64,000 nt of DNA from the human T2T-CHM13v2.0 reference genome, Homo sapiens (GCF_009914755.1 NC_060945.1); one strand, 5' to 3'. Shown: positions 1 through 21,925, counted from the stretch's first letter. Notes: generated by a model from the sequence alone, not told the origin. Program-made: numbers and translations.

Positions 1-1028
1 GACAACACAGTGAAAAATCCCCATCTCTACAAAAATTACAGCCTGTAGTAATGGGACCTGTAGTTCCAGCTTCTGAGGAGGCTGAGGTGGGAAGATCACT
101 TGAGTCCAGGAGGCGGAGGCTGCAGTGAGCCAAGATTGCACCACTGTACTCCAGCCTGGGCAACAAAGCGAGAACTTGTCTCAAAAAAAAAAAAAAAAGA
201 ATTATGTTGGAGAGTGGGAAAGCCAGCACCCCACCTGGGAACATGTGGTAGCATCAAGTCCCTTGAGAGATTCATGGTCATGACATAAAGTAAGATCAGT
301 TGCTTGGTGGTCTGGTTTGCTCTGGAACATTTAGCTACACATAACTACGTAGACAGATCATTGGGTGTACCCAGCAGTGCATTCTTCTAGGTGAGTCCTT
401 CCGAGGGAAAGAAGCAAAGGAGTGAAGGGTAGATGACTGACCCTGGGTGTGGGTGGGAGGTGAGGACCTGTAGCAGCTGCTGGGTAGTTAGGCAGTAGGA
501 CTCAGGGACTGGAAAGCTGTCCTAGGATGCAGGAAAATGCCAGAGGGGTGGTCAGAGGAGGATGCTGGAAACGGAGATTTGAGAAGCTGGTGAGGTCAAG
601 GGTATGACAGTGGTGGAGCTGGAGCGGAGTCGGGGATGGTTAGAAGAGAAGAAGGCCAGGGGCTTAGAGGCTGGGATGTAGGAGGGAGCATCCAAAGGGG
701 TCGTGCAGTTTCAAGAACGATGATGAGAATGGAAATGGAGAGGATGTTAGTGAGTTAGTGCTAATTTATTTGATCAAAATATCCAGATTCTTAGTTGTTG
801 AAACTGAATGTTGGCAGGGTGCAGTGGCTCACACCTATAGTCCTAGCACTTAGGGAGGCCAAGGCAGGCAAATTACTTGAGCCCAGGAATTCAAGACCAC
901 CCTGGGCAACATAGCAAGACTTTGTCTCTATAAATAATTTTAAAATTACCTGGGCGTGGTGATGTGTGCCTGTGCCCCCAGCTACTCGGGAGGCTAAGGC
1001 AGGAGGATCATTTGAGCCTGGGAGGTCA

Positions 1029-1460
<432 letters not shown>

Positions 1461-1585
1461 TCATATGGACACAATTGGTATGAAAGGCGGGAGCTGATGG
1501 CTCACATTCATGCAGGGCTTTTGGGGACAGTAAATGGTGACCCATCCATCATAGTTAACATACAAATGGCTCTTTCTGTTCACAG

Positions 1586-1665
1586 ATGCTGCTGCAGCTT
1601 CAGCAATGGTGTCTTCATCCGCCCCGTCGGTGTACAGCGTGCAAGCCCTCTCTCTCCTGGCAGAG
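1586..1665 (+). CDS. DOP1B: DOP1B (Dopey-2) coding exon, (D)[26 protein letters not shown]
   Basis: ttctgttcacAG acceptor, GAG|gtaaat donor, 80 nt; frame continues into the next exon; Dopey-family C-terminal sequence. Confidence 0.93.
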
Positions 1666-1704
1666 GTAAATACACACCTGACCTGTCGTCCTTTATGGAA
1701 ATGA

Positions 1705-2018
<314 letters not shown>

Positions 2019-2149
2019 TAGTATTTTAGTAGAGACGGGGTTTCACTGTGTTGGCCAGGATGGTCTCAATCTCCTGACCTCGTGATCCACCCACCTTGGC
2101 CTCCCAAAGAGCTGGGATTACAGGCGTGACCCACTGCTCCCAGCCATAA

Positions 2150-2648
<499 letters not shown>

Positions 2649-2772
2649 GTAACGTCATCTTCGCCATTTCTTCCCACCCATATGCAGAAAAATATGTTTT
2701 CACAAATGAATCAAGTAGTTTTCCTTGGACAGTCCTTGACCTTGACCCTTCTCTCTTCCCACTCCCACTCAG

Positions 2773-2919
2773 TGCCTACAATGCTCCCAGCTTCCGGGCT
2801 GGCGCTCAGCTGCTGAGCTCCCTGAGTGGCTATGCCTACACAAAGCGAGCCTGGAGGAAGGAGGTCCTGGAGCTGTTTCTCGACCCCGCTTTCTTTCAGA
2901 TGGATACTTCCTGTGTTCA
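2773..2919 (+). CDS. DOP1B: DOP1B exon, [48 protein letters not shown](H)
   Basis: cccactcAG / CA|gtaaga, 147 nt; lies inside ORF 2621..2923. Confidence 0.96.
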
Positions 2920-3079
2920 GTAAGATATGCTGTCCTGATAACAACGTGCTCTGAATCTTCAGGTGGAAATGGCATTTTGGTTTACAGAATTCTCATTCCT
3001 GAAATAGAAGCAGAGCCATAGGATCAACCCAAATAACAGGACGTCCCTGTCACAGGCTCGCATGTTGACCATGTGTTCA

Positions 3080-3431
<352 letters not shown>

Positions 3432-3692
3432 TCAAATAAATAAACAGCAGAACTTGGGGTTCCAGTGATACTTGTTCTATCTAATACTGCTTTGTCTTGT
3501 AATCACAAAATAATTGGCCAGTGTTAAGATGACAGAGCCCACTGGGTGACCCTGGGGGTGTCTTTACCCCACTTCTCGGCTGATACTCCACAAGTTCTTA
3601 CTGAGATCTTGCAGCAGCCAAGCAGAGATCCACTGAGACTCAGATGCAAGATGTGCTCCTGGGCCTTTTCCTGAGATAAAGAAAATCACTCA

Positions 3693-4023
<331 letters not shown>

Positions 4024-4458
4024 TTATTAATGACAGGAAGGCTTAGCGATAGAGGGTAGAGATTGGGAACCCTTTTTGTATGGCATGAAAGCATGGCCAC
4101 CCCCAGAGGGCTGCTGGTGGCCCTGTGGCCTCCCTCCACGTGATCTTGTTGCTCTGCTGGGGTAGCTCATTTGGAAAGAAAAGCTAAGGGTGGTATTTGT
4201 CTTCACTATCCCACTCTTTTCATCAACACAACTGTGTGAATATCATCCTGTATGAACATATTTAAGAATAACCCTTGAAAAAGCCAGAGTGCCTTGTCAG
4301 TTTGTTTCTTTGTGGTAAACTGGAAAAAGTCATCATTCATTCCCTATGTTAGGGTTATAAATGAAAAGCTTTTTCGTAGCTTTCTTTTATATGTAAACTA
4401 TTTATTTCTATCACTAACCTCTTTTCAGAAAGCAGTTTTTTTGTTTGTTTGTTTTTGA

Positions 4459-4563
<105 letters not shown>

Positions 4564-4848
4564 TGAGTAGCTGGGATTACAGGCATGCGCCACCACGCCC
4601 TGCTAATTTTGTATTTTTAGTAGAGACAGGGTTTCTCCATGTTGCTCAGGCTGGTCTTGAACTCCCAACCTCAGGTGATCCGCCCACCTCGGCCTCCCAA
4701 AGTGCTGGGATTATAGGCGTGAGCCACTGCACCTGGCCCAGAAAGCAGTTTTTAATATATCTTAAGAGGATATGTTATTTTCTTAATGTTTTGAATCAAA
4801 CTATCATCCACTGCAAATTTAATTGATTTTGCTTTCTTTAATATCCAG

Positions 4849-4910
4849 TTGGAAGTCCATTATTGACCATCTTTTGACTCATGAGAAAACAATGTTTAAG
4901 GATTTAATGA
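4849..4910 (+). CDS. DOP1B: DOP1B exon, [20 protein letters not shown]
   Basis: atatccAG / TGA|gtaagt, 62 nt, phase-consistent. Confidence 0.95.
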
Positions 4911-5348
4911 GTAAGTTCTGTGTTACTTTTGCATAACTCACACTTGATAGGATCAATGCCAATATAACCAGCTTTCATCATGTATTTCCGAACCCTACTC
5001 ACACTTTCATGGTGCTGTCTACGCCACAAAGACTGTAATGTGATGTTCATAATATGGCAGGACTAAATCAATGAGTCTTTTCCAGTTGCAATTTATTGAC
5101 AAGAACGCCACGACAACCTTTTTCATAGTTTTATAGTGGAGAAATACTGCCGAAAGCATCCAGCTTCACATCTTGACATTTGTGCTGAAAGTAATAAGTT
5201 TCTATAATTTACTAGGAGGACTTTTCTACACCTCAGATCCCTTCTCATGCACTATCATTAAGTATCATTAAAGAAATAAGTATTGGGCTGGGCACGGTGG
5301 CTCACGCCTGTAATCCCAGCACTTTGGGAGGCTGAGATGGGCGGATCA

Positions 5349-5645
<297 letters not shown>

Positions 5646-5666
5646 TCATTTGAGCCCAGGGGTTCA

Positions 5667-5916
<250 letters not shown>

Positions 5917-6046
5917 TCATGTCCTTACTTAATAAAGATCATGATTTTTCACCAGGGAATATAGAATTACACTAGTATGAATTTCCCATCACTTCCCTCC
6001 AATTGTGGTTTTCTCACTAAGTAAAACATTGCTGTATTTATTCTAG

Positions 6047-6175
6047 ACATGCAGAGCAGTTCTTTGAAACTATTCTCAAGTTTTGAACAGAAAGCCATGC
6101 TGTTAAAGCGCCAGGCTTTTGCTGTCTTCAGTGGAGAACTTGATCAATACCACCTTTACCTTCCACTGATACAAG
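6047..6175 (+). CDS. DOP1B: DOP1B exon, (N)[42 protein letters not shown](E)
   Basis: ttattctAG / AAG|gtaaga, 129 nt, phase-consistent. Confidence 0.95.
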
Positions 6176-6185
6176 GTAAGACAGC

Positions 6186-6515
6186 TGTCTTAGTCTGTTT
6201 TTTGCTGTTATAACAGAATACCTGAGACTGGGGAATTTATAAAAACAGAAATTTATTGCCTCACAGTTCTGGAGGCTGAGAAGTCCTATATCCAGGGCTG
6301 GCGTCTGGCAAGGGCCTTCTTGCTGCAACATCCTATGGCAGAAGGTGGAAAGGCAAAAGAGCAAGAGGGGGCTGAACCTGCCCTTTTATTACAGTACCAA
6401 TCCCATCCATGATGTGGCCTAATCACCTCTTAAAGGCCCCACTTCCCGATAACATTACATTTACAATAAAATTTGAGCATGCATTTTGGACAGGACAAAC
6501 ATTCAAACCACAGCA
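6186..6515. mobile_element. MST-type (MaLR) solo LTR
   Basis: TG...CA ends, MST-like sequence, 5-bp TSD ACAGC at 6181-6185 and 6516-6520. Confidence 0.88.
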
Positions 6516-6707
6516 ACAGCTGACCTGCCCTCACTGCCCCCACACACAGATAGACCCATGAGGGGCTGAGATGATTAAGTACTAGAGGGGTCTACTGCGT
6601 GCTTTGGCATGATTGTCACTTGTTAAAACAAGTATTCTGCAGAGTTATAGAACTTCAGAAGTATATTGGTAAATCTGAAACTTTATTTTAAAATCAATTA
6701 TAGGTCA

Positions 6708-7034
<327 letters not shown>

Positions 7035-8458
7035 TTAAAAGTCTGACCACAGTATAGGAATAATACTTCCTCAGCACTGTCTCTTGCTAGAGTCCTCCTG
7101 CAGTCAAGGTACTCGGTGTTTACAGTACTCCCTTAATCAGCACCTTCAGCTGAGGCCAGGGAAGGGGCAAGATTTTGGAGAAGGATCTAATTTTTCCTTA
7201 ACAATTTTTTTTTCATCCCCACTACATTCTTTGACTGCATCAAAAATAATTATTGCTGACTGGGCACGGTGGCTCACGCCTGTAATCCCAGCACTTTCAG
7301 AGGCCAAGGCGGGTGGATCTCTTGAGGTCAGGAGTTTGACATCAGCCTGCCCAATGTGGTAAAACCCCATCTCTACTAAAAATACAAAAATTAGCCTGGT
7401 GTGGTGACTCATGCCTATAATCCCAGCTACTGGGGAGGCAGAAGCAGGAGAATCGCTTGAACCTGGTAGGCACTGAGCCGAGATTGTGCCACTGCACTCC
7501 AGCCTGGGTGGCAGAGAGAGACTCCATTGCAAAAATAAATAAATAAATTGTTATTATTATTGCCAACATCGTACGTGATTGTCAGGGTTTTTTTTTTTTT
7601 TTCCTTCTCATAAAATGTTCAGGTGGCAAAGTTGACATTCTGTTTTGTTTTTGTTTTCATTTTGAGCCAGGGTCTCCCTCTGTCACCCAGGCTGGAGTGC
7701 AGTGGCGCAGTCTCGCCTCATTGAAACCTCCGCCTCCTAGGTTCAAGTGATTCTCCTGCCTCAGCCTCCAAGTAGCTGGGATTACAGGCACCCACCACCA
7801 TGTCCGGCTAATTTTTGAATTTTTTTAGTAGAGACAGGGTTTCACCATGTTGGCCAGGCTGGTCGCGAACTCCTGACCTCAGGTGATCTGCCCACCTTGG
7901 CCTCCCAAAGTGCTTGGATTACAGGCATGAGCCACCGCACCCAGCCGGAAAGATCTTGTTTTAGTTCAAAGCATTAACAGCGTTGACTCGTTAGTCATGA
8001 TAACTTACATATGCAATAATAAAACACCTTTACACTTTAACTGACATAATTTCCGCATGTAGTGCACATAAGATTTTTACCTTGTAATATCTTGAACACT
8101 TAAGAAACATGAAAGAAAACTTTCAAATATTAACAAGTCCAGTTGGCGTGCCTTGCTTGAATAACTGTGATAGGAGGATGATTTAATCAGACGGTAACCA
8201 GGAGCACCAGTAAAGGTAATGTCAGCTCTCCAAAGACTGTGGCTAAATGCAAGGTCAGAGCTGAACTTTGTTGCCTCCCTACAAAATCTGGAGAGAAAAA
8301 GAACAACAGGAATCACCTTTTCTTTAGTTCATGTGCAGTATAGGGGAGGATTCTTTATGAACCCAACCACTAGACAGTGGCCCTAAGGGAAGCAGTAAGT
8401 CTACTTTCTCAGTGGAGGAAAATGAAAAGGAGAGCATATTGGGCAATGTACCTGATAA

Positions 8459-8958
<500 letters not shown>

Positions 8959-9072
8959 TGAGTAGCTGAGATTACAGGCACACAACACCACGCCCAGCTA
9001 ATTTTTGTATTTTTAGTAGAGACAGGGTTTCACCATGTTGGTCATGCTGGTCTCAAACTCCTGACCCCGTGA

Positions 9073-9189
<117 letters not shown>

Positions 9190-9349
9190 TAGCTAAATAG
9201 ACAGCATTAGGTGTATAGAAGCTAGAACCAAAAAAACAAAAAGATAGACAACATTCTGAAACAGGGGTGTGGAGAATTTGACCATGGTAGAGTTTAAACA
9301 CCCAGCAATTCTGAGAAATTATTTCTCTGAGAGGGAGCAAGCACAGGCA

Positions 9350-9942
<593 letters not shown>

Positions 9943-10369
9943 TAAATACGCTTCGTTTTGGATAGCTCAAGTGCTATATTTCTAAAAATACTACGTGTTT
10001 TTAAAAAATAAGCCTTTTGCCCTGTTTTCATTTTTGATGAACTGACAGTTTACAGAGCACTTTCCTACATGTTGTCGTTGTCCCCAGGATGCTCGTGGAT
10101 AGGCCCAGCCCCCCTGAGTCCTGGGTTGATGGCACTCAGAGTGTCCTCTGCCAGAGCTGGGGGACACTGAACTTGCCTGGAGATGCCCTGTGGAGGGATG
10201 ATGCCCACATCTGCCTCAGAGAGGTAGATGCATCCAGAAGCTCCCAAGAAGTGTCCCATAGTAAATAGTTTGGGCCCAATTAAAAGAGGCAGGAGGCTGG
10301 GCACAGTGGCCTGTAATCCCAGCACCTTGGGAGGCTGTGGTGGGCAGGTCACTTGAGGTCAGGAGTTCA

Positions 10370-10607
<238 letters not shown>

Positions 10608-10915
10608 CTAACACTTCTCTCCTGGGATACCGTTTGGGGTCCTTTTCCCCGGACACTGTTGCACCATCGAGTAGCAGAGAAGGAGATGGGGAGCTGAGCA
10701 GCTCTGTATGTCTCGGCTCAGAGTGACATCAGTCTTACGTCTTTGGGGGCTGGGAAGATGTAGGTGAAAGGATACGAAGGTGCAATTATGGAGGATGAGT
10801 AAGTCTAGAAAAGGCATGTACAACATGAGGACTGTCGTTAATAACACTGCATATGTACTGGGAATTTGCCAAGAGAGTAGATTTTAGGTGCTCTTACCAC
10901 AAAAAAGAAAGGTCA

Positions 10916-11050
<135 letters not shown>

Positions 11051-11089
11051 TTAGCTGGGTGTGGTGGTGGGTGCCTATAATCCCAGCTA

Positions 11090-11197
<108 letters not shown>

Positions 11198-11200
11198 TCA

Positions 11201-11203
<3 letters not shown>

Positions 11204-11237
<34 letters not shown>
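11204..11237. repeat. (AC)n microsatellite derived from an Alu tail
   Basis: read directly. Confidence 0.95.
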
Positions 11238-11241
<4 letters not shown>

Positions 11242-11349
11242 CTGACTGAGCATGGCAGCTCACGCCTGTAATCCCAGCACTTTGGGAGTCCAAGGCAGGT
11301 GGATCATCTGAGGTCAGGAGTTAAAAGATCAGCCTGGCCAACATGGCTA

Positions 11350-11556
<207 letters not shown>

Positions 11557-11995
11557 CTAATGTACTAATGTACTACAGCCGATCTTAGCTAGCATGACTA
11601 CCATTCAGCTGTTTGCTGTAGCAATTTGTTACATTCCTAGGAAACCTTAAGCTATGGAAGAAAAAAAAAGTCTCATTCTACAAACAAGACATTTCAGGGG
11701 AGAAGCAGGGGAGAGTGTTAGGGGCTAGAGAGTGTTATTTGAAACACTTTTCCCTCCATAGGAATGAAAGTTTTTGTCATGGCCATCAAGTTTAAACCTT
11801 ACTCAGTAAATCTGTTATATTTACTTGCTCCGCTTCCCACCCACCACCCTCAAAATATGGTGTTGTCTGCCAGCCAGTCCATATGATTGTGTAAGTCCAT
11901 TCCTCACCATGGGCTGCTTGGTTTCTGCGTCTCCTCATTCATATTCTTAAAAGAACATTGAAATGGCTGTTGGTCATCCAGTGGATTTCTGGTGA

Positions 11996-12532
<537 letters not shown>

Positions 12533-12577
12533 TAAACTGCATATTTGTGTAACATCTTTACAATCTTCTTTCCTTAG

Positions 12578-12714
12578 AACGCCTGACAGACAATCTCAGA
12601 GTTGGACAGACATCCATAGTTGCTGCTCAGATGTTTCTTTTTTTCAGAGTTTTGCTGCTAAGAATATCTCCTCAACATTTGACTTCATTGTGGCCAATAA
12701 TGGTCTCTGAATTG
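12578..12714 (+). CDS. DOP1B: DOP1B exon, [45 protein letters not shown]
   Basis: cttctttccttAG / TTG|gtgagt, 137 nt; Dopey-like FRVLLLR..P.HL.SLWP motif. Confidence 0.96.
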
Positions 12715-12958
12715 GTGAGTACAAGTATTGTAAGTTTGAAAGCAAGGTTGGAGCTTTTTAAAATGCTTTTTCAGTAACATAACGTACTATTTCCTATGTA
12801 TCCCATTTTATCTAAATGTTATTTTTAATTAGGTTGGTAGCACATGGTTAGCTCTTGGTTAAACAGAGAATATTTTACTCTATGATCATATTTGATCTCT
12901 CACCCTGTCAGTTATTCCAACTAACTTGTACCATTTGATAATACTTACTAGTTTTTTA

Positions 12959-13108
<150 letters not shown>

Positions 13109-13320
13109 TTAATTCGGCATGGCGGGAAGTTGCATCTGCAGAAGGTTGAGGCTGCAGTGAGCCATGATTGTACCACTGCACTCCAGACTGGGTGACAGAG
13201 TAAGACCCCGTCTTATTCATTCATTCATAAATTAATCGATTTTTAAAAATAAGTAAAAAAAAATATTTGGGTAGATTTAATCTGTCTCAGATAGTAACTT
13301 GAATGCATTTTTTTTTTCAG

Positions 13321-13376
13321 ATTCAGACATTCACACAGCTTGAAGAAGATCTAAAAGATGAAGATGAGTCATTGAG
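13321..13376 (+). CDS. DOP1B: DOP1B exon, IQTFTQLEEDLKDEDESL(R)
   Basis: poly-T-cAG / GAG|gtaagc, 56 nt. Confidence 0.95.
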
Positions 13377-13609
13377 GTAAGCAGTACAAGATCTGTACAC
13401 AAGAGGAAAAGATAGTCACGATTAAAGCACGTCACTTTAGATATAGAGTTGTCTAATGTTAAATGCTGTTATCTTGAAGTACTTGTGAAAGGACCAGCTA
13501 TTCCAAAAATTTCTTAAAAAGAAAATTCTTCTGAGGGACAGGTCATAGGTGAATGGACTATAACAGATCTGAATGAATTTATAACAAGCGTTTCTTTGCA
13601 AATTTATAG

Positions 13610-13771
13610 AAGCACCAACAAAGTAAACAGAACGAAAGTTTCAGTCCCGGATGCAAATGGACCCTCAGTGGAGGAGATACCCCAGAGTGAACTCATCTTG
13701 TATTTATCAGCTTGCAAATTCTTGGACACAGCGCTTTCTTTTCCACCTGACAAGATGCCATTATTTCAAAT
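13610..13771 (+). CDS. DOP1B: DOP1B exon, [53 protein letters not shown](I)
   Basis: aatttatAG / AAT|gtaagt, 162 nt, phase-consistent. Confidence 0.94.
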
Positions 13772-13988
13772 GTAAGTCAGATAGGATCGTGTGTCCTTTT
13801 TGAAGTAAGAGATTTTGTTTTTTCCTTTTAAGCACTTTCACTTGTTTTTCATGTACAGTTTATGGGAAACCACCATCTGGGTTTCTAGTGACAGCTAAGC
13901 CAGCTCGGAATACCAAGTTTCAGATTACTTGCAACATCTGTGGCTCTGCAAATTTGGCTCACAGGAGTGTTTATGAATGTGTTTCTAT

Positions 13989-13990
<2 letters not shown>

Positions 13991-14030
<40 letters not shown>
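13991..14030. repeat. (TG)20 microsatellite
   Basis: read directly. Confidence 0.97.
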
Positions 14031-14031
<1 letters not shown>

Positions 14032-14309
14032 TTTTTGCTACTGAATGCTTATAAAACAGGGCTTACCCACTGGTGCTCCTCACTGCCTTTGTGTAGACCT
14101 TTTTGTCTGTGTTTAGTTAGATACAAATGCCTTTATTTGGAGCCTGCCATCTCCGATTCACTTTGCCCCATAGGCTTATGTTTCCTGCCGGCTTAGCACA
14201 GCTGCTCATTTGTTTAATTTCATGACCAGCCCCAGAGGCTATTTCTCTCTCTCCTACCCCCACAAAGAGAGTAATCATATAGAAATGTTTGTGGTTAAAG
14301 AGCGGGTTC

Positions 14310-14770
14310 TCTTAAATGCACATTGCTAAGTGAAAGAAGCCAGTCTGAAAAGGCTACACACTGTATGATTCCAACCATGTGACATTCTGGAAAAGGCAAA
14401 ACCATGGAGACAGTAAAAAGATCAGTGGTCGCCAGGGGTTGGGGAGAGGGAGGCAGGGATGAATGGGTGAAGCACAGAGGATTTTTAGGGCAGTGAAATT
14501 ATTGCATACAGAGCTATAATGGTAGATCCATGTCATTGTCCATTTCTCCAAATCCATACAATGTACACCACCAAGAGTGAACCCTGATGTAAACTCTGGA
14601 CTTGGGAGGATAACAGTGAGTCAGTAGAGGCTCTTCAGTTTTAACAAATGTACCACTCTGGTGCAGGATGTTGATAATACGGCAGGCTTGTATGTGTGTA
14701 GGATGGGATGTACGGGAACTACTTTCTACTCCATTTTGCTGTGAACCTAAAGCTGTTCTGCAAAAGAAAG
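14310..14770 (+). mobile_element. Old L1M (L1MC-like) 3' fragment; similar L1M fragments at ~16130-16600 and ~27230-28140
   Basis: ctaagtgaaagaagccagtctgaaaaggctaca... typical L1M 3' end. Confidence 0.7.
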
Positions 14771-14938
14771 TCTTTTAGTTTTTAAAAAGCAGGTTTGGGC
14801 CGGACGTGGTGTCTCATACGTGTAATACTAGCACTTTAGGAGGCTGAGGCGGGTGGATCACCTGAGGTTGGGAGTTCGAGACCAGCCTGGCCAACATGGC
14901 GAAACCCTGTCTCAACTAAAAACACAAAAATTAGGTCA

Positions 14939-15604
<666 letters not shown>

Positions 15605-16614
15605 TCAGGAGTTCAAGACCAGCCAGGCCAACATGGTGAAACCCTGTCTCTACTAAAAATGCAAAAATTAGCTGCCTGTATTGGTGGGCACCTGTAATCC
15701 CAGCTACTCAAGAGGCTGAGGCAGGAGAATCGCTTGAAACCGAAGGCGGAGGTTGCAGTGAACCGAGATCGCACCACTGCACTCCAGCCTGGGCGAAAGA
15801 GCGAAACTGCATCTCAAACCAAAAAAAAGTGGAGGCTAGGCGCAGTGGCTCATGCCTGTAATCCCAGCACTTTAGGAGGCTGAGGCAGGTGGATCACGAG
15901 GTCAGGAGTTCAAGACCAGCCTGGCCAAGATGGTGAAACCCCGTCTCTACTAAAAATACAAAAAAATTAGTCAGGCATGGTGGCAGGTGCCCGTAATCCC
16001 AGCTACTCGGGAGGCTGAGGCAGAGAATTGCTTGAACCTGGGAGGTGGAGGTTGCAGGGAGCCAAGATTGCACCACTGCCCTCCAGACTGGGCGACAGAA
16101 CGAGACTGTCTCAAAAAAACAAAAAAGTGGGTTCCGATATATGTGAATGTGCATAGCAACATTATTTATAATAGGCAAGAAGTAGAGACAACCCAAATGG
16201 CCATCAGCTGATGAACAGGCAGATCATGTGACATATCCATACAGTGGAATACGGTTCAGCAACAAAAAGAATTGAAGAACTGAGACACGCTGGAATCTGG
16301 ATGAACCGGAAAATATGATGCTAAGTGAAAGCTCGAAACAAGGGAACATATAGTGTATGATTCTGCTTATATGTAATGTCCACGATGAGACAGAGTGTGG
16401 ATTAGTGGGTGCCTAGGTCTCAAGGGTATAGGGGGTTGGGGTGGTGATGGCTGAGCAGGGCAGGATTTCTTTTTGGGGTAATGAAATACTCTAAAATTGA
16501 TTGTGATAATAGACGTGCAACTCTATGAATATAATAAAAGGCATTGAGTTGTCCATATTAAATAGATACAGTATGTGAATTATATCTTAATAAAACTAAT
16601 TTTAACGACGTTGA

Positions 16615-17545
<931 letters not shown>

Positions 17546-17655
17546 TGAGGTCAGGAGTTCAAGACCAACCTGGCAAATATGGTGAAACTCCATCTCTACA
17601 AAAATACAAAAATTAGCTGGTCATGGTGACCGGTACCTGTAATCCCAGCTACTCA

Positions 17656-17787
<132 letters not shown>

Positions 17788-17874
17788 TTAGGTTTTGCCA
17801 CATGCATGTGCTTCCCAGCCATCTCGAGCCCTCAGTAAAACCATATCATTGTTATGGGTTTGTTTTTTCTGCAG

Positions 17875-18126
17875 GAAATCAGTAGCTCTGATGAGATCAC
17901 CATGAAGAGTGAATTCCCGCTTCTGCGCCAACATTCTGTTTCCAGCATCAGGCAGTTGATGCCATTCTTCATGACTCTAAATGGTGCATTTAAGACCCAG
18001 AGACAGCTGCCTGCTGATAGCCCAGGAACTCCATTCTTGGACTTTCCTGTCACAGATAGCCCAAGGATCTTAAAACAACTGGAAGAATGCATCGAATATG
18101 ATTTTCTGGAACATCCAGAATGTTAA
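17875..18126 (+). CDS. DOP1B: DOP1B terminal coding exon, [10 protein letters not shown]...[14 protein letters not shown]
   Basis: ttttttctgcAG acceptor, 83 codons then TAA; DFLE motif typical of Dopey C-termini. Confidence 0.96.
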
Positions 18127-18255
18127 CCATGTGAGAGAGAATATGTTTAATCCATGTATTGGTACTTTACTGAAAACCAGGTTATATTCTAAAGAAGAAA
18201 GAAGGCAGGATAGTGCTTTTGAACAAGCCTATTTCCATTTTGAAAGTAGATTTCA

Positions 18256-18571
<316 letters not shown>

Positions 18572-18654
18572 TCAGCAACAGGACACACCTCCCTAAATGC
18601 CTTGTAATATATTTGAATCTGATTCTGCATTTCTTCCTCAATTTATGTAATGAA

Positions 18655-18806
18655 AATAAAATTAATATATCATCTAACAGTAGCACAAAATTTGTAATAT
18701 GAAGTAAAGTATGAAGATAATGAAGAAGTTGTTTTCTTTGTTGAAGCAGTTATATGGGTCTTTCTCAGTATATTTCTCTTTTCTCTAAAAGTTTAAACTT
18801 ATTAAA
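18655..18806 (+). terminator. Two candidate polyadenylation signals (AATAAA 18655, ATTAAA 18801)
   Basis: hexamers read directly in AT-rich 3'UTR; usage not shown by the sequence. Confidence 0.6.
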
Positions 18807-18932
18807 AGAATGTTATTTTTAACCTTTCACACAAATGTCCTTTAAAGTGCTTATTTTGGTACTCCATTTTAAAACGAAAATACATTGTTTTCTGAGGACA
18901 ATAATTGCCCCTTACCCATTCAGCAGAGGTAA

Positions 18933-19334
<402 letters not shown>

Positions 19335-19353
19335 TTAAATTTCTGACAGCACG

Positions 19354-20680
<1,327 letters not shown>

Positions 20681-21269
20681 TAGGGATTTAACAGCACTCA
20701 TATCTTCATGTTCATAAAAAAGTCCTACACGCGTGATGTACGTCTAGATCTTTCCTTTTGTCACAGGATATAGCACGGTAGTTACGGATATAGTCTCCGC
20801 AGTGCCTGGGTTTGACTCAGCTTCCCCACGTACTGTCCTGCGCATATTTTGTGTCTCAGTTTCCTCATCTTTAAGGTAGGAATATCAATGGTAACTACCT
20901 CTTACGGTGGTAGCAACTAACCAGCTCTGCCACTTCTGTGATCTCTAAGCAGTTTTGATCATACACCCAGCAGTAAAAATTAAGTATCTCTCCAGCCCCA
21001 ATATCTATAAGCTGTGTGTTACATTAATTTACTTGGGTTCCAACATGTGTATTTTATAAAACAGAGGATGGGGATTTTAAAAGTATGAGGACTGGGGCCG
21101 GGCGTGGTGGCTCATGCCTGTATTCCCAGCACTTTGGGAGGCCAAGGCGGGCAGATCACGAGGTCAAGCTATGGAGACCATCCTGGCCAACATGGTGAAA
21201 CCTCGTCCCCACTAAAAAAACAAGAATTATCTGGGCGTGGTGGCACGTGCCTGTAGTCCCAGCTACTCA

Positions 21270-21422
<153 letters not shown>

Positions 21423-21925
21423 TCATGCCTGTAATTCTAGCTTTGGGAGGCCAGGGCAGGAGGATTACTGGAGTCCAAGAGTTTGAGACCAGCCTGGGCA
21501 ACATGGCGAAACCCTGTCTCTATAAAAATACCAAAAAAATTAGCCAGGTGTGGTGGTGCAAGCCTGTAGTCTCAGCCACTTGGGAAGCTAAGGCAGGTGG
21601 ATTGACTGAGCCCCGAAGGCAGAGATTGCACTGAGCCGTGATCACCCCACTGCACTCCAGCCTGGGTGACAGAGTGAGGCTCTATCTCCAAAAAAAGAAA
21701 AAAAAAATGAGGTCAAACAAAATTACCAGTTTGTTCTTTTTAGATTTTAGAGTTAGAGTCTTGCTGTGTTGCCCGGGCTGGAGTGGACTGGCATGATCAT
21801 AGCTCACTGCAGCCTCGAACTCCTGGGCTCAAAGCAATCCTCCTGCCTCAGCCTCCTGAGTAGCTGGGGCTACGGGTGCACACTACCATGCCCAGCCAAC
21901 TTTTTGATTGTTTGTAGAGGTGGGG

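Noticed and set aside
385-396. Strong-looking donor TAG|GTGAGT at 391
   Set aside because: No upstream acceptor or Dopey-like frame found; the preceding DOP1B exon appears to lie outside the window.
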